A DNA stretch of 63,866 nucleotides, filler included, from Octopus bimaculoides (GCF_001194135.2; 6 parts of 5 records of this genome joined end to end with filler, not necessarily neighbours in it); one strand, 5' to 3'. Positions 41,170-55,934 are shown, counted from the whole stretch's first letter. Numbers and translations are program-made. The notes: a model not told the origin generated them from the sequence alone.

Positions 41170-41445
41170 CACATGAGGCTGGCTTTTAATGGAGGGAGGT
41201 CGACGACATTGATCAAGTTTTTCCATGCTGTAGAGCCAGTCAGAGACCCTGGGATATTTCTGTTTGGCCCCGATGATAACTTGGCCCTGGCTGTCTTGAC
41301 CACTTTCCTTACTTCACTCAGTCTCAGTGGTCAGAGCAGGTCAAACCAGATCTTGGATTGCGAGTGTCGTCTCACTCTGTGAGTTTGAATATGTTTCCCT
41401 AAGATGCTGGTGAAGAGTTTTTTGTCTGCTGTCAGTCTCCTAGAT
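41170..41445 (-). mobile_element. Decayed LINE ORF2 fragment (region just N-terminal to the RT)
   Basis: Seen: WFDLL*PLRLSEVRKVVKTARAKLSSGPNRNIPG. Known: resembles the ..EV..ai...r..sa.GPnGIPY motif of non-LTR RTs. Contains a stop codon. Confidence 0.45.
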
Positions 41446-41644
41446 TTAATGCAAACAAAGGAAACTAGGTCACCAGATTGTATTGTATAATGCATAACAT
41501 GCATATTAATGCAAACGGGCAAATGTAATTTATGCCACACTGAAATTATTACTACACGTAGAAGGCTGTCAAACGGCCGTAATTCTAAGGATGTCAAGTG
41601 GTTGAATAAATATATTCACCTCTCAAAGCTCCTATCTTTTTATG

Positions 41645-41689
<45 letters not shown>

Positions 41690-42616
41690 CGACTCTTAGC
41701 TTAGATTTTTGGGGCCAACTAGATTTGAATAGTCTTAAGTGTAACTGGCCGAAACTGTAAGGATGATCTAGAAATTTGACTGATGAGAGAAGGCTGCGAA
41801 TAACCTATCCCTGTTTTTTTCCTGTCCAGATGTTTATTGTCGTCTGTTGCGTTCTTGTTCAATTTTTGGGATTTATATATATATATATATACATAATACA
41901 TACATACGCGCGCGCACACTCGGACACAGACACATAGACACACACAAACACACACGCACACACACGTATTGCTCCAACTGACTGAAAAAGTAAAAAAATA
42001 AAAGAATATATATGCTCGTGCGCATGTTTAATATAAAAACGTTTTTAAAGATTCCTAAAATTTTCGGTGTTTTTAAAAGAAACGGCTTATAAACTCTTAA
42101 AAACATTGTAAACGTCTTTGACAATATGTTGCCGCCCTCTATAGCAACGCTAGTCCCGGTCTGTGATCAAAAGATTTCTAACCAATACCATCCTCTCTTT
42201 TATTCAGATTACTATAACTACAATATCGTTATTTAACGTGTCCGATCAACCACTTAAAGTTTCGCTATATTTGCGCTGATGTAATCATTCCTAAAAATAT
42301 TTAAAAATCACTACTTGGTCTAAGGTTTAAAATAATCTAGCAATATTATATTTGTTAATACATTCAGTATGAATATGCGTTTGTCGCCGAAAAAGAAACG
42401 ATTTGCACAATATGAAATATTTGCATATACTGGTTACTCAAAATTAGAGGGAATATTGCTTCAGTCTATAAACTATTCATAGGAGCTCACTATATGGATT
42501 CTGTGATCTTTCAATACTGCGCAAGAAACCCAACCGTGATAATAATTATCCAGGCATATGGTACTAAAAGCCTATCTACACGCAGAAGCGCAGTAACCAG
42601 CAGAGATACAAATACG

Positions 42617-42656
<40 letters not shown>

Positions 42657-44675
42657 TATATATATATTCATGCATACAATTACATATATATAAGCAAGAT
42701 ATAAGTTAGAGGTTATATATATATATATATATATATATATATNNNNNNNNNNNNNNNNNNNNNNNNNNNNNNNNNNNNNNNNNNNNNNNNNNNNNNNNNN
42801 NNNNNNNNNNNNNNNNNNNNNNNNNNNNNNNNNNNNNNNNNNNNNNNNNNNNNNNNNNNNNNNNNNNNNNNNNNNNNNNNNNNNNNNNNNNNNNNNNNNN
42901 NNNNNNNNNNNNNNNNNNNNNNNNNNNNNNNNNNNNNNNNNNNNNNNNNNNNNNNNNNNNNNNNNNNNNNNNNNNNNNNNNNNNNNNNNNNNNNNNNNNN
43001 NNNNNNNNNNNNNNNNNNNNNNNNNNNNNNNNNNNNNNNNNNNNNNNNNNNNNNNNNNNNNNNNNNNNNNNNNNNNNNNNNNNNNNNNNNNNNNNNNNNN
43101 NNNNNNNNNNNNNNNNNNNNNNNNNNNNNNNNNNNNNNNNNNNNNNNNNNNNNNNNNNNNNNNNNNNNNNNNNNNNNNNNNNNNNNNNNNNNNNNNNNNN
43201 NNNNNNNNNNNNNNNNNNNNNNNNNNNNNNNNNNNNNNNNNNNNNNNNNNNNNNNNNNNNNNNNNNNNNNNNNNNNNNNNNNNNNNNNNNNNNNNNNNNN
43301 NNNNNNNNNNNNNATATATATATATATATATAGTCAGACAAACATGTATATATATGTATATATACATGGAAACACATATATAGGTGTTTCAAATATAAAG
43401 GAAGAAATGATCACTCAGTGCATTGCATAGAGCTTACATTTGTAGAGTGAAGGCGCATAGTCTAGTGGATAGGATTTTCGGCTCATAATCATAAGGTCAT
43501 GGGTTCAATTCATAGAACAGGCGGCGTTGTATTATTGAGCAATGCACTTCATTACACGTTTCTCCAGTCTTCTTAGCTGAAAAGAATACCTGCCAAACGT
43601 TCCTGCACATCTCTATCCATTCCGCTGGTACATCCTGGGTGAGCCACTGGCTCAAAGGGGATGGAAAATTTCTGAGTGAGCCTTTGTCTCCTCATGGCTC
43701 CATAGGCACCTGAAACACTTAGCGAAAGCATGGTCGACGTTACTAAGCCATGGGTCTTAAATTTTTGTAGATGAACTCTTGTCAGCTCAAAAGTTTAAGT
43801 CAAAAATTGCTCATTTATAAACACCCACCGCACGCATTTTTATACACTTACACACACATTTACACACATACACACATATATACTATAGGTGTGTAAATGA
43901 ATTCTTGCGTGTGTATTATATGTGAGCATAGGCGTTTGTATATTTGCGTAAGGTTCAATATAAATCAAAGTAAATAAATGTATGTATATATGTATGCATG
44001 TGTGCATGTTTGTATGTATATATGTATGGAATACTTAGATACATACAGTTAGCAGCAGAAATAAATCTACGCAGACTCACACACGCGCGCACACACACAC
44101 ACACATACGGACGCATGCACGTACTGATAGAATCACTCATGTATACGTGTAAAGAAAGTAAGAAAGTAAGACAGACTGACACAGAACAGACAACGATACG
44201 GCGTTGTGGTAGAGATTTTATCTTTGGATAGCATTACTTAATATCTACGTCATTTTTTTACAGCACCACGATAAAGTTGAGAAAAATACAAATACATGTT
44301 TTATATGATAGTAGTAAATAACGGGCGAAAACTTCTGGGGATGACAGAGAGTAATTATATTAACCCAATATCTTAAATAAATCTTTAGTGATGACGAAAC
44401 ACGTACATTCATCAAAACATACATGCATCCATACACACACATATATATATACATATTTACATACAGTTATTCATACGGCATATACATACATACATACATA
44501 CATACACACACATACATATATGCACACATGCACAAACATACGAACTCAAGCACACACACACGCATAGACACACACATATACAGATGTGTGTGTGTTTGAG
44601 ATTTTATGTTTGTACATGTGTACACACACAGACACACTCATTCACAGACACATACACACTCACTCACTCACACGC

Positions 44676-44742
<67 letters not shown>

Positions 44743-46396
44743 ATCCTTAAGCAAGAATATCACTGATAGTCACTTCGAAGTTTCGACCAGCGAAGTCGGC
44801 AGGCTGTTCGAAAGGCAAGTACCTACTTACGTATAAATAAATATACATAAGTTTATATACGTGGCTGTGCGGTGAGCAGCTTGCTTACCAACCATATGGT
44901 TCCGGGTTCAATTCCACTGCGTGGCATCTTGGGCAAGTGTTTTCTACTATAGCCTCGGGCCAACCAAAGCCTTGTGAGTGGATTTGGTAGACGGAAACTG
45001 AAAGAAGCCCGTCGTATATATGTATATATATATGTGCATATGTTTGTGTATCTGTGTTTGTCCCCCTAGCATTGCTTGACAACCGATGCTGGTGTGTTTA
45101 TGTCCCTGTAACTTAGCGGTTCGGCATAAGAGACTGATAGAATAAGTACTAGGCTTACAAAGAATAAGTCCCGGGGTCGATTTGCTCGACTAAAGGCGAT
45201 GCTCCAACATGACCGCAGTCAAATGACTGGAACAAGTAAAAGAGTATGTGTGTCTTGGTATAGTCAATGTGTAAATTAATACATTGGTTACTTATGCTTT
45301 CATGATAGAGTTTTAAACTCTCAATGTTCTGCCGATGCGAGACCAATATCCTGTCACGAAGGCGCTACATACATACATAAATTTAGTGGATGTACGCATC
45401 GTTTTCTATCTGCAACTTGAATCTTCAGTGTTTCAAGGGGCACAGCTCCATTGAAAAGTTACTTGGTTAAGCCTGGTTGTCTTCATTAAATTGAGAAATT
45501 TCCGAATAGAAAATGATTCAGAATTAAAAACAATATATATATGTATACATATTGACATGAGCTTCAGAATATGTCCAACCAACTAGGAAAGTAACATGTT
45601 ACAGGAAGGACTAGAAGGACAACATCAGCAATACACCTTAACTGATTTAGGAAAAACGACCAGCAGCAAAGGTAGAAAGATCAGAGATTACAAGGCTGGT
45701 TACAAGAAAGGGATGAAACAGCAATTCTTTATCAACACATGTAGCAATAAACAATGTTAAAATGGAAAAAGAAAAACATCTTTCAAGCATCCGGAAGATC
45801 CCATACTCCGACAGGTTACAATGGCAATTTACATATTGGAAGTAGATTCTCAGCACTCTGTAGAAAGAATGTGTAACTACAATTCTCCGCCGATACCACC
45901 TCTACCATAGTAATACAAGAGCAAAAATTAAGTTGTAAGTCAACTACAGTCAATCAGTACACGCATGCACGCATACACCCACAAACTACAAAAGCACACG
46001 CTAACTACAAGCACACATACAAACACACATGCATACACACAAACCACAAATGCAAACACGAAGTCAGTCACATACAGAAACAAAATCATTAAAATGCAAA
46101 AAACTCATGTAAACACACTAACACACAATCTACAAATCCATGTGTTGGCACTATCAAAAACGAAAAATGCAATGAAACCCAAACTAGGCAAAAACTGGTA
46201 TAATGAAACAAAACAGGAATACATTACACTCACAAGCTTGAAAAACATCTACATTACTGTTGATACTATAACATAGAGTCGGAGAATTTGAAATCATTCG
46301 AGAAGTCACAGAAGTGTGATAAAAATTTTACAAATTAGTAAATGATAAAACTACAACTCAAGTGAACTACCACCATACTGGGGGCCCACAAGAAGA

Positions 46397-46466
<70 letters not shown>

Positions 46467-46643
46467 ATGGAGAGGTGGAGAGAGAAAGAGAAGGAGGGAG
46501 AGGGAAGGAGAAAGAGATTTGAGGACGGAGAGAAAAGGAGAGACACAAAACGATAAAGAATGTATTATTTACTATTAGTGGATAGTAGCGATGAAAATAA
46601 TGATTATGATGATGTGGAATATACTAAAAATTACTACTACAGC

Positions 46644-46697
<54 letters not shown>

Positions 46698-47403
46698 GAG
46701 TGGTAGCGGTAGTAGTGTAGGAAGAGGAAAAGGAGGAATAGTAGCAGAAGTAGTGATAATGACTACGTGAAAGTATTAATTTCTATTTCTGAAGAGTCAT
46801 TGATATAGAAACAGTTGAACTATAAACTTTATAAACAAGAACCAACAATTACGTCACTATTCGACGGTTCGTTAGAAGACGTGAATATAATTAAAAGGTT
46901 GTCATATTCTGTAACCTATCGCCATAAACATCACCATGATCAATATCCTTGTCGGCGTCTTCACCATCTCTACCCTTCTCATAATCATCATCAACGTAAG
47001 AAAGAACAAAGACTCATATAAACACCNNNNNNNNNNNNNNNNNNNNNNNNNNNNNNNNNNNNNNNNNNNNNNNNNNNNNNNNNNNNNNNNNNNNNNNNNN
47101 NNNNNNNNNNNNNNNNNNNNNNNNNNNNNNNNNNNNNNNNNNNNNNNNNNNNNNNNNNNNNNNNNNNNNNNNNNNNNNNNNNNNNNNNNNNNNNNNNNNN
47201 NNNNNNNNNNNNNNNNNNNNNNNNNNNNNNNNNNNNNNNNNNNNNNNNNNNNNNNNNNNNNNNNNNNNNNNNNNNNNNNNNNNNNNNNNNNNNNNNNNNN
47301 NNNNNNNNNNNNNNNNNNNNNNNNNNNNNNNNNNNNNNNNNNNNNNNNNNNNNNNNNNNNNNNNNNNNNNNNNNNNNNNNNNNNNNNNNNNNNNNNNNNN
47401 NNN

Positions 47404-47501
<98 letters not shown>

Positions 47502-47659
47502 CCGCGCATGCAAAAGTATATATATATATACATATCTTTATATATCTTTGTACATAGTCAAAATAAGCAACAAGGATATCCAAAGTTAATGCAGTACGAT
47601 CGTTTCGTGCGAAAGCAATGTGAACATTACATCAAATGTAAAATGCAGAGCAATCCTTA

Positions 47660-48280
47660 GCTGCACAAAACGTATTCAAACCAAATTTAAAACAGGCTTT
47701 GAAATATGTTTCAACGAACTTTTAAGCATGTACTCAAGACAAATTTATAACATTCATTCGACCTAGAGTAAAATATCTATTATAAAATTATTCAAAACAT
47801 GTATTCAAGCTTAGTTTAAAAAACATATTGGTACGCAGTCTGTAATGTTTTCTAACAAATCTTTTAAAATTTATTCGCATCTAATTTATAACGTATTCCA
47901 ATCTGATATAAAGTATATATTATAATTTATTTTAAACCATGCATTCCAACCAAATATAAAACATATATTCTAACCTACTTTAAAATGTATCTTAATCTAA
48001 CATATTTATTATAATCTATTTTAACCTATGTATTCTAACCTAATTTAAAACACGTGTTCTTACTTTAAAACATGTATTTTAACCTACATTAGCACATATT
48101 TTCAAAACATCTTTCCTAACCTAGTTTAAACGTGTGTTCTAATATAGTGCTAGTTTCAGATAAGTATTCCAACTTACTTTAACTTAAGTAAATACAGGTT
48201 ATAAACCAGATTAGAACACGATTTAAAACCTGTATTTTAAACTAATTGAAAATTCGTATTCTAAACTATATAAAATCATA
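47660..48280. repeat. Degenerate AT-rich minisatellite, unit about 22-24 bp (consensus near CATGTATTCTAACCTAATTTAAAA)
   Basis: Seen: recurring GTATTC(T/C)AA(C)C.A.TTTAAAA variants across about 600 bp. Confidence 0.65.
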
Positions 48281-49867
48281 TTTTCTTACTATGTAACAGA
48301 TATTCAAAGTCAAAACAGATTATTAATTCTGACATATAATACATATTGTCACATACTAAAATTCAAATGCACAAATGTATTAAAAAGCTAACATAAGCAC
48401 AAAGCCTCGAATTTGACAGATGGATATACTAGACGGGATCGAATTCGGTGTTCAATTTAGTTTATTGACACTGAAAAAAAAGAAAACAAAAAAAAGTAGT
48501 TGACGTGTTCAATTTCTTTTAATAACGCCCCCACTCCGTAAAATTGACCTTGCCGTAATTTGAACTCAAAGAATAAAGGTGTGCAATTATACACAAGTGA
48601 TACTGTAGGTAGCTTGCACTTCTGCCAGTTTCGTATTTTTCGCAGGTTTTATATTTATAGTAAATTTCAAGTTTATTTAAATTTAAGCTTATTATTATTT
48701 ATAAAGTCAAATATAGTTAATCGATGCATGTAATATTATGTACAATTTCTTAATTAAGAAACGAATACTGACATGCGTTTTTAGCTTCAAACATCGTAGA
48801 ATTTACAATTTCTTCTGTGCTGGATTCTTACATGTCATGAATCAAGAAATTTTCATTCAAGATCAAATTTTGGAACCTTCATTAGTATTAAGATAACTAC
48901 GATGATACACTTAGTTACTCTCAGCCAATATTTTCTCCGCAATTAAAGTTTATTTGTCGAAATCTGGTTTGCCGCGAATGAAATGCTTATGTGTACGATC
49001 TACCAACTTCTCCAATAATTTCTCATGTAAATTCTGTGAAACAAACCGACCATAATTTTCTTGTCTTACTCAGAGTAAGTCAACATAAAAACTGGAGTCA
49101 ACTCTGGCCTATTATTTGTAACTAGGACAGTATATGTTTTTAGAGACATACTATGTATGAATACTGTTATACTTACAAATGAACTTTTAAAAATATGTTT
49201 GCAGAGAAGTTGCCAGTAGCAAAACAACTTTCACCTCAAGCAGTCAAAATCTCAATGACACTATACTTGCTCTTTCTTGATACAGACGGATTAATACCAC
49301 CCGGATAGCGACGTTAAAACATGGTATGTATTTAATGGTAGAATAACTAAAATATAAATACATATATACCAAGCTGTACACAGTTACCTCCATGTGCATC
49401 TTGAACACCCTAATATTATCATGTAAGAGGTGTGTGGTCTGGTATAAATTCTATTCTATTCACTCTTGCCTGTGTTTATTTTTGTTAGACTTACGCATTA
49501 TAAACGCGTATTTATTATTTATTAATAACTTACATGTTATACATAAATATATAAGAATACTCAAATGTGATATATTCAGATGTGAATGTGCAACTATTGA
49601 TTTGCATAAGCATTATATGTACGTGAGTATATCAGGTGTATCACAGGAATATCTATACAGTTAAAATATGAAAAGGTGAATGAGATTATCATAAAAATGT
49701 GGTATTTTGGTACTGTTGTAATTTTCTGTTCCAAGCTGGGACAATAAATCAGATATATTAAAACAACACAGCCATCTGTTCTGAGCTATCCTCGTTATTC
49801 CTTAACGTTTACAGAAATATTAAAATATTCACATATGGCTTACCATGTGTGTTTATATATCATATAA

Positions 49868-49914
<47 letters not shown>

Positions 49915-52900
49915 GATATAGATATACAAATATATAGATATAGATATATGTACACTCGCAGATGGACAGATTTTGTCAGAGGCAAACATATGCGAGAAGA
50001 TTGACACATTTGCTTATTAATTAGTGAACATGTAAATGTATATATGTTTATATACTCACACATAAATATATATGTGTGTGTGTGTTGTTACATATTTTCA
50101 AAAAGTTATTAAGTAGGTTCAATGTACACTCACACACACACACACACACACGCACACACACACACACACACGCACAGAGCCTCTAACACATGTATTCTTC
50201 ACGTATATTATATACACAGAACCATGAACATAGACTGTATATCATACAGGCACACGCACACATACCCATATTCACATATTTGCACGCATAAAAGAATTAG
50301 GGTAAAATATTAAGAAGGTAAAGAGAAAAATAAGAAAACTAAAATAACTGAATAACAAACAGAGTAAAAGTGATAACGACAAAAAATAATAATGGCTTAT
50401 CAGGATGAGATAATAAATTGATAGCTTATTGATAGACAGTGAATATAAAAAAAGTGGTCATATATATATATATATGTAAATAGATAGATATTTATATACT
50501 CATATAATTATCTTTATTTCGCTATCAGTACTCGTGGGTTTACAGTGTGACCACTTGAAATGTTTTTCTTTTCTCTGATGTGTAATATTTTATCTTGCCT
50601 TGTAAATATCATTTCATTCACCAGCGAAGCGAAGCGATTAAACGAGAACTTTGTAATTAGTTAATGGTTAGGATTGGCTGCCATTCAGAGGCGCGTGCAA
50701 TTATTTCCTTCAAGTGGACACGTATGCATATATTTCTTTCATCGTTGTGGGTGTTCGTGCGCAGTTAGCATCCCAAGCGGTTCTTGATAGCGAGGTAGGT
50801 TGAAGATCGCCTAAGCCAAAACTGAGATTCTTAGTAAATATCTAACACAGTAACTCGTGTTGACCTTTCTCAAAACAAAAACAAATAGTCACGCATATCC
50901 ATGCAGATGATTTCATTAATAAGATAGAATTGTTAACAATTCATTTATAAGTACTAAATATAGTCACAGAAAATATGAAAACCAGAAAAAAAGTTTGAGT
51001 GAACAACAGGCAAAGATTTGAAACTACATCCGCTAAAATACTCTGCTACATTTATTTGTAATATCGTCGGTGCTTTGGATTCTAAAGTAAAATATATTTA
51101 TTCGCGACAGAGGTTGTAATAATATCAAGAGGTAATATTTATCCCTTCTCAAACGCGGATGTTCTGTTAGAACAAATTATACTGTGGTAGTCACCATGAG
51201 AGAAACACTCATATTGGTTTTTGGTGTAAACTGAAATCTTGTTTCAATCGATAGTGGAGACAAATCCCCGCTATCTCCAGGGCTGAGACCACCAAGTCAC
51301 ATAATTTCGACGTTACTTGGTCTTGTCAATGATGGACACTCGACCGCTAGAGATAACAATTATTCATCTCCCCGTCAGCGTTATATATACTGTCAGAGAC
51401 GTTTTAATACTCTGCATGGTTTACATCTGTATTGTAGAAAGCCAGAAACCAGAATTCAGAAGAAACATTGTTCAAGTTAAATTTCGAATACATTTTCTTA
51501 AATTATCACAGTAAAGTAATTTGTCACTTGAAGTAATTCTTAGAAACACATTTTTATTCGACATTTTTAGCTCAATTATAATCTTTTCTGTTTGTGATGT
51601 AATTACAGAGTATTAATTGCATTGAATATGCACAATCGTATAATCAAATACTTGTTGCTTATTTATAAAGTGATTAGTTTTGCTTTTTGAGATTGGATAA
51701 AATATGAAATGTATATGTAATATATATGTCTAAGAATTCCAGCTAAAGTGTAGATCTTGATATGTATGGCGACCATCATAATCTGATATAAGCGCAACAT
51801 AAGATGTCCATGCTTCGAAAGAGATCTGAGAAAAAAATAGCAACATAAAAATAAAATAATGGATTTATAATAAATACTAAAATAACTGAAATAAAGTGAA
51901 TGTCTATTATCGAAAGGCATATTGATTTAGACCATTCATAAATAAGTTATAACAGTCTGCTTCATAGAGCAATGAAAGTACATCTAGTCTTCTGCATATG
52001 AATGTGCTGTTATATTTATAATAGTTTCAAATATATTTGATATATTAATCCGAGTGACAAAATCATTTTTGATGAAAACGTTATTTTTAAAGTTAATAAT
52101 AAAATTTAATACTTATAAGCAATGTAATTAATATATATTTTACTAAAATAATGAAGACAAGTTAAAATCATTTAGAATATGCAATTGGAGACTTACATTT
52201 TATTATTACCATTTCGTAGGATTTTGATTTTCATAAAGTATAAGGATTTAATAAGATCTATAAATTTTCTTGCCATAAAGAATCAAGAAGTTAACTTTTG
52301 ATTCTTTTTGTACTTACCGTATGGCAGGTCTGCTACTCCGTCGTATGCCTGACATAAATGTCTGGAGAATGGCTTTGAGCTGTCTAGAGTCTGTATCTCA
52401 ACTTTGACGAAACACCACCCGATTTTGGCGTTCAAGAAAGTGCTTGTGGTTATTTTTACTTTAATTCATTTTAAATGAGCAAATAACATTTTATTGTAAG
52501 GATTAATTGGGAAGATTTTCTTATTACTTTAGTATTATATATTAATTAATTCTCATATAAAAGTCATCAAAACAAAGGTTTAGGCAAAGAGTTTTGAATT
52601 ATTATTTATTATATTAGTTGTGGAAAGAGAATTATGTTCTTCATTCTTTGGTATCAATGAAATAAGTATCAGTTATGTGACTGAACTGCATCCGTCAATT
52701 ATCCGTCCGATTCAGAAATTTAAGTGTCGGTCTACCAAGCACCAGTATTATATTTGGATCAATTCGATCGTCTACTCAACTCACTGAAAAAATTTTGCGT
52801 CGTGCACATTTAAATGATAGTTGGATATCTTTTGTTAATTAACGCGGAAAATACTGCACGGACATTCAACTCAGAATGCTAATGATTTGAAATACTAAAA

Positions 52901-54429
52901 CTGAGACTAAGCCAAAAAAAGTTATGAAGACCTAGATCTTTTTTTTAACATATTGCATCTAGGGCTACATTATTTTATGGGTTCCTTCTTTTTATGACTG
53001 CTGAGCATTATTAACAGATTTTAGTTACTATTCTAGTAGGTCTGCCCATCACGTGGAGGCTTTATTGTTAGTTCAAATGTCAGACTTTAAAAAACGATAG
53101 TAGTATTTTTTATACATTAAATAATGGATTTGATGTCAAAAGATACTGAGAGTAATGAGTAAATCACCAGCTTCAAAAATAGAAAAGTAACAGTAAAATA
53201 AATTTGCTCTTCATTTTAAAAATGCTATTAAACTATTAAATCTTATGTCTTTTTTAACAATCACTTATATTGCATTAACCTCAATGTCGGGGTTATAAAT
53301 TAGAAAGAGTCGGGGTTAAATAATTTTGTTTTAAGTAACAAAACTAAAAAAATATATTTTAGATATTTTATTTATTTCATTGACTGGCAATATGTTTGTT
53401 TTAATCCCAATCCTCACTACAAATTCATTAATAATAGAAACAACTAAACGAAAACTTTAGGCTTATTAAGTTGCAAGAAAGAAAACTGTTTTTTTTTGGG
53501 GGGGAAGCGAGAAATAAACCTCATAAATTAAAAATGTAATCAAGAATTAGAGGATTAAAGCATGATCCATCTTCTAAAAGTGTCTTGAGCTCTTTAGCGG
53601 GTTGTGCTACATGAATCTGAATTTCTTATTCATTTTAGGGTTTGTATAGCAATATCCCTTTCTCTCTATTTCATTGATTTGGGGGAAAATGGTCTAAGGT
53701 CGCTGTCTTTCATACATCTGGTAACATGAAACCCATAGACCGCTCGAATTTTGGAAAGCTGCAATAGTGTAAACACGTATGGTTCTATCCATTTTAATTA
53801 CTTTGATATGTTCGATGGCGCAGTAGACAGGATAATGGTTCAGCTTGATTATCTTCACCCTTTGTTCACTTGATTCAGGAGTTTGCTACTTCATCAAATT
53901 TAGCATTCAGTTCTAAATTCTATTTACTCCATCATTGAAAGAATTTTCTCTCTCTTATAACATTAACCCTTTTGCCACTAATTCAATCACTTTCTTTCTT
54001 GACCTTTTTCTTTCGGTGTTGCTTTTTTCAATGACATTTTCTGGAAAAAGAATGTTTATGCAGAAACAAACACAAGAAATCACACAAAATTCCACGAGAG
54101 TTTAAAAATTCAACTAAAATACCTGCAAAATATTAGTAACAAATAGTTATTTGTTTTCTAAAAGAAAAAGTAATCAGTGGGATTAATAATTCTGCGATAT
54201 AATATACAAGTTGGACAAAAGTCACCCGACAGTAAATCAAAATTCTTTAAATATTATGATTGAGATTTGACTATTTTTCGGCAACAATGTGGAGGACACA
54301 TGTTCGGTATTTTCAGATAGTGTTCGCTTCAGCATATTTTATAGACACATTGTAAATTTAGGAGATTGAAGTTATGGAAAAAAAGATGCCTGGTGAATAT
54401 ATATTAGATTTAGTATTAATGACATTCAT

Positions 54430-55579
54430 ATTTGTTTAAAATATACATATATATATTCATATATACACGCACATATATATACACACATATATATACACTC
54501 ATATATATACATAAATATATATATACATATATATACACATATATATACATATATATATATATATACACATATATATATATATACACAGATATACATTTAC
54601 ATAAATATATATATAATAATGATAATAATATTAGGGATAAAAATCCAAATTTACAGGTAAAAACTCAATTAAATTCAATTTATCAAAAATTAAAATTAAA
54701 TTAAGTTTCACAGTATATAATATATAATATCTATTTTACTTCTTGATATAATAAGTATTTTTATGTAAATTCATTTGTTATTTATTATTGGATGATATAT
54801 ATATATATACATTCATTTTATTATTATTATTGTTGTATTTATTTAATATTTCTATTAGTTTATATTCTAATAAACGTAAAGTTAATAATGTCACGTTTAT
54901 AATTTTAGTTTAACCTAAAACTTCGATAAGATAAGTATTGCATTTATTTTTAATAATATTGTTAAACATTTTCCTTTTATTTATTGGTAGAATAAGTATT
55001 TTTATAGAAATTCATTTGTTATATATTGTTAGCTGATATTCTAATAAACGATATGTTAATAGTATAACGTTTAATTTTAGTTTAAACTAAAGCTTCGATA
55101 AGTATAATATCGTTAAATATTTTACTTCTTGATATAATAAGTATTTTTATATTAATTCATTTGTTATTCATTGTTGGTTGATATATATATATACATTCAT
55201 TTTATTATTATTATTGTTGTATTTTGACCCGAAGATAAGCTATATTTTTGAATAGGATTGATTTTCGATCGATTTATTTTAATCGATTGTATTTTATTTT
55301 ATTTTCTATTTGAAAATTTGGTTATGAAACACGTGTAGTCGTTTTATTATTTTAATGATCATTACTTTGTATTTTATTATAGTTCTTTTTAGTGCATTTA
55401 CTTATTAAATTTTTCTATGTGTGCCTGTGGACTTTCATGGATGAGTTCATGAACTTTGGTTCTTTTCTCTAAATTAGATATTATATATTATATAGTTTGA
55501 AACTTAATTTAATTTTAATTTTTGATAAATTGAATTTAATTGAGTTTTTACCTGTAAATTTGGATTTTTATCCCTATTA

Positions 55580-55644
<65 letters not shown>

Positions 55645-55787
55645 ATATATATGTATATATATATCTGTGTATATATATATATATTTACATATATATATGT
55701 GTGTGTATATATATATGCATATTCATATGTATATATATATATATGTCTGTATATATGCGTATATGTATATGTGTATGTATATGTATG

Positions 55788-55825
<38 letters not shown>

Positions 55826-55934
55826 TGTGTATATATATATGCGTATATATGTATATATATATGGATATATATATGTGTATATATATGTGTATGTGTATAT
55901 TCATGAGTGTATATATATATATATATATATATAT
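54430..55934. mobile_element. Fold-back element: long inverted arms (core 54633-54733 and 55475-55575) enclosing internally repeated AT-rich DNA
   Basis: Seen: 101-bp cores are reverse complements with two mismatches by eye. The symmetry continues outward into the (AAT)n and (TA/CA) tracts. Confidence 0.75.

Noticed and set aside
44772-44802. GAAA followed by the palindrome ACTTCGAAGT (minus strand) as a hammerhead
   Set aside because: The core reads CTGCCGA and overlaps stem II, and position 17 is G. At best a dead relic.
8001-47589. Long ORFs in the track dominated by X, or by YIYI, CVCV, THTH, RERE and SLSL runs
   Set aside because: They are read-through of N gaps and translations of dinucleotide microsatellites, not genes.
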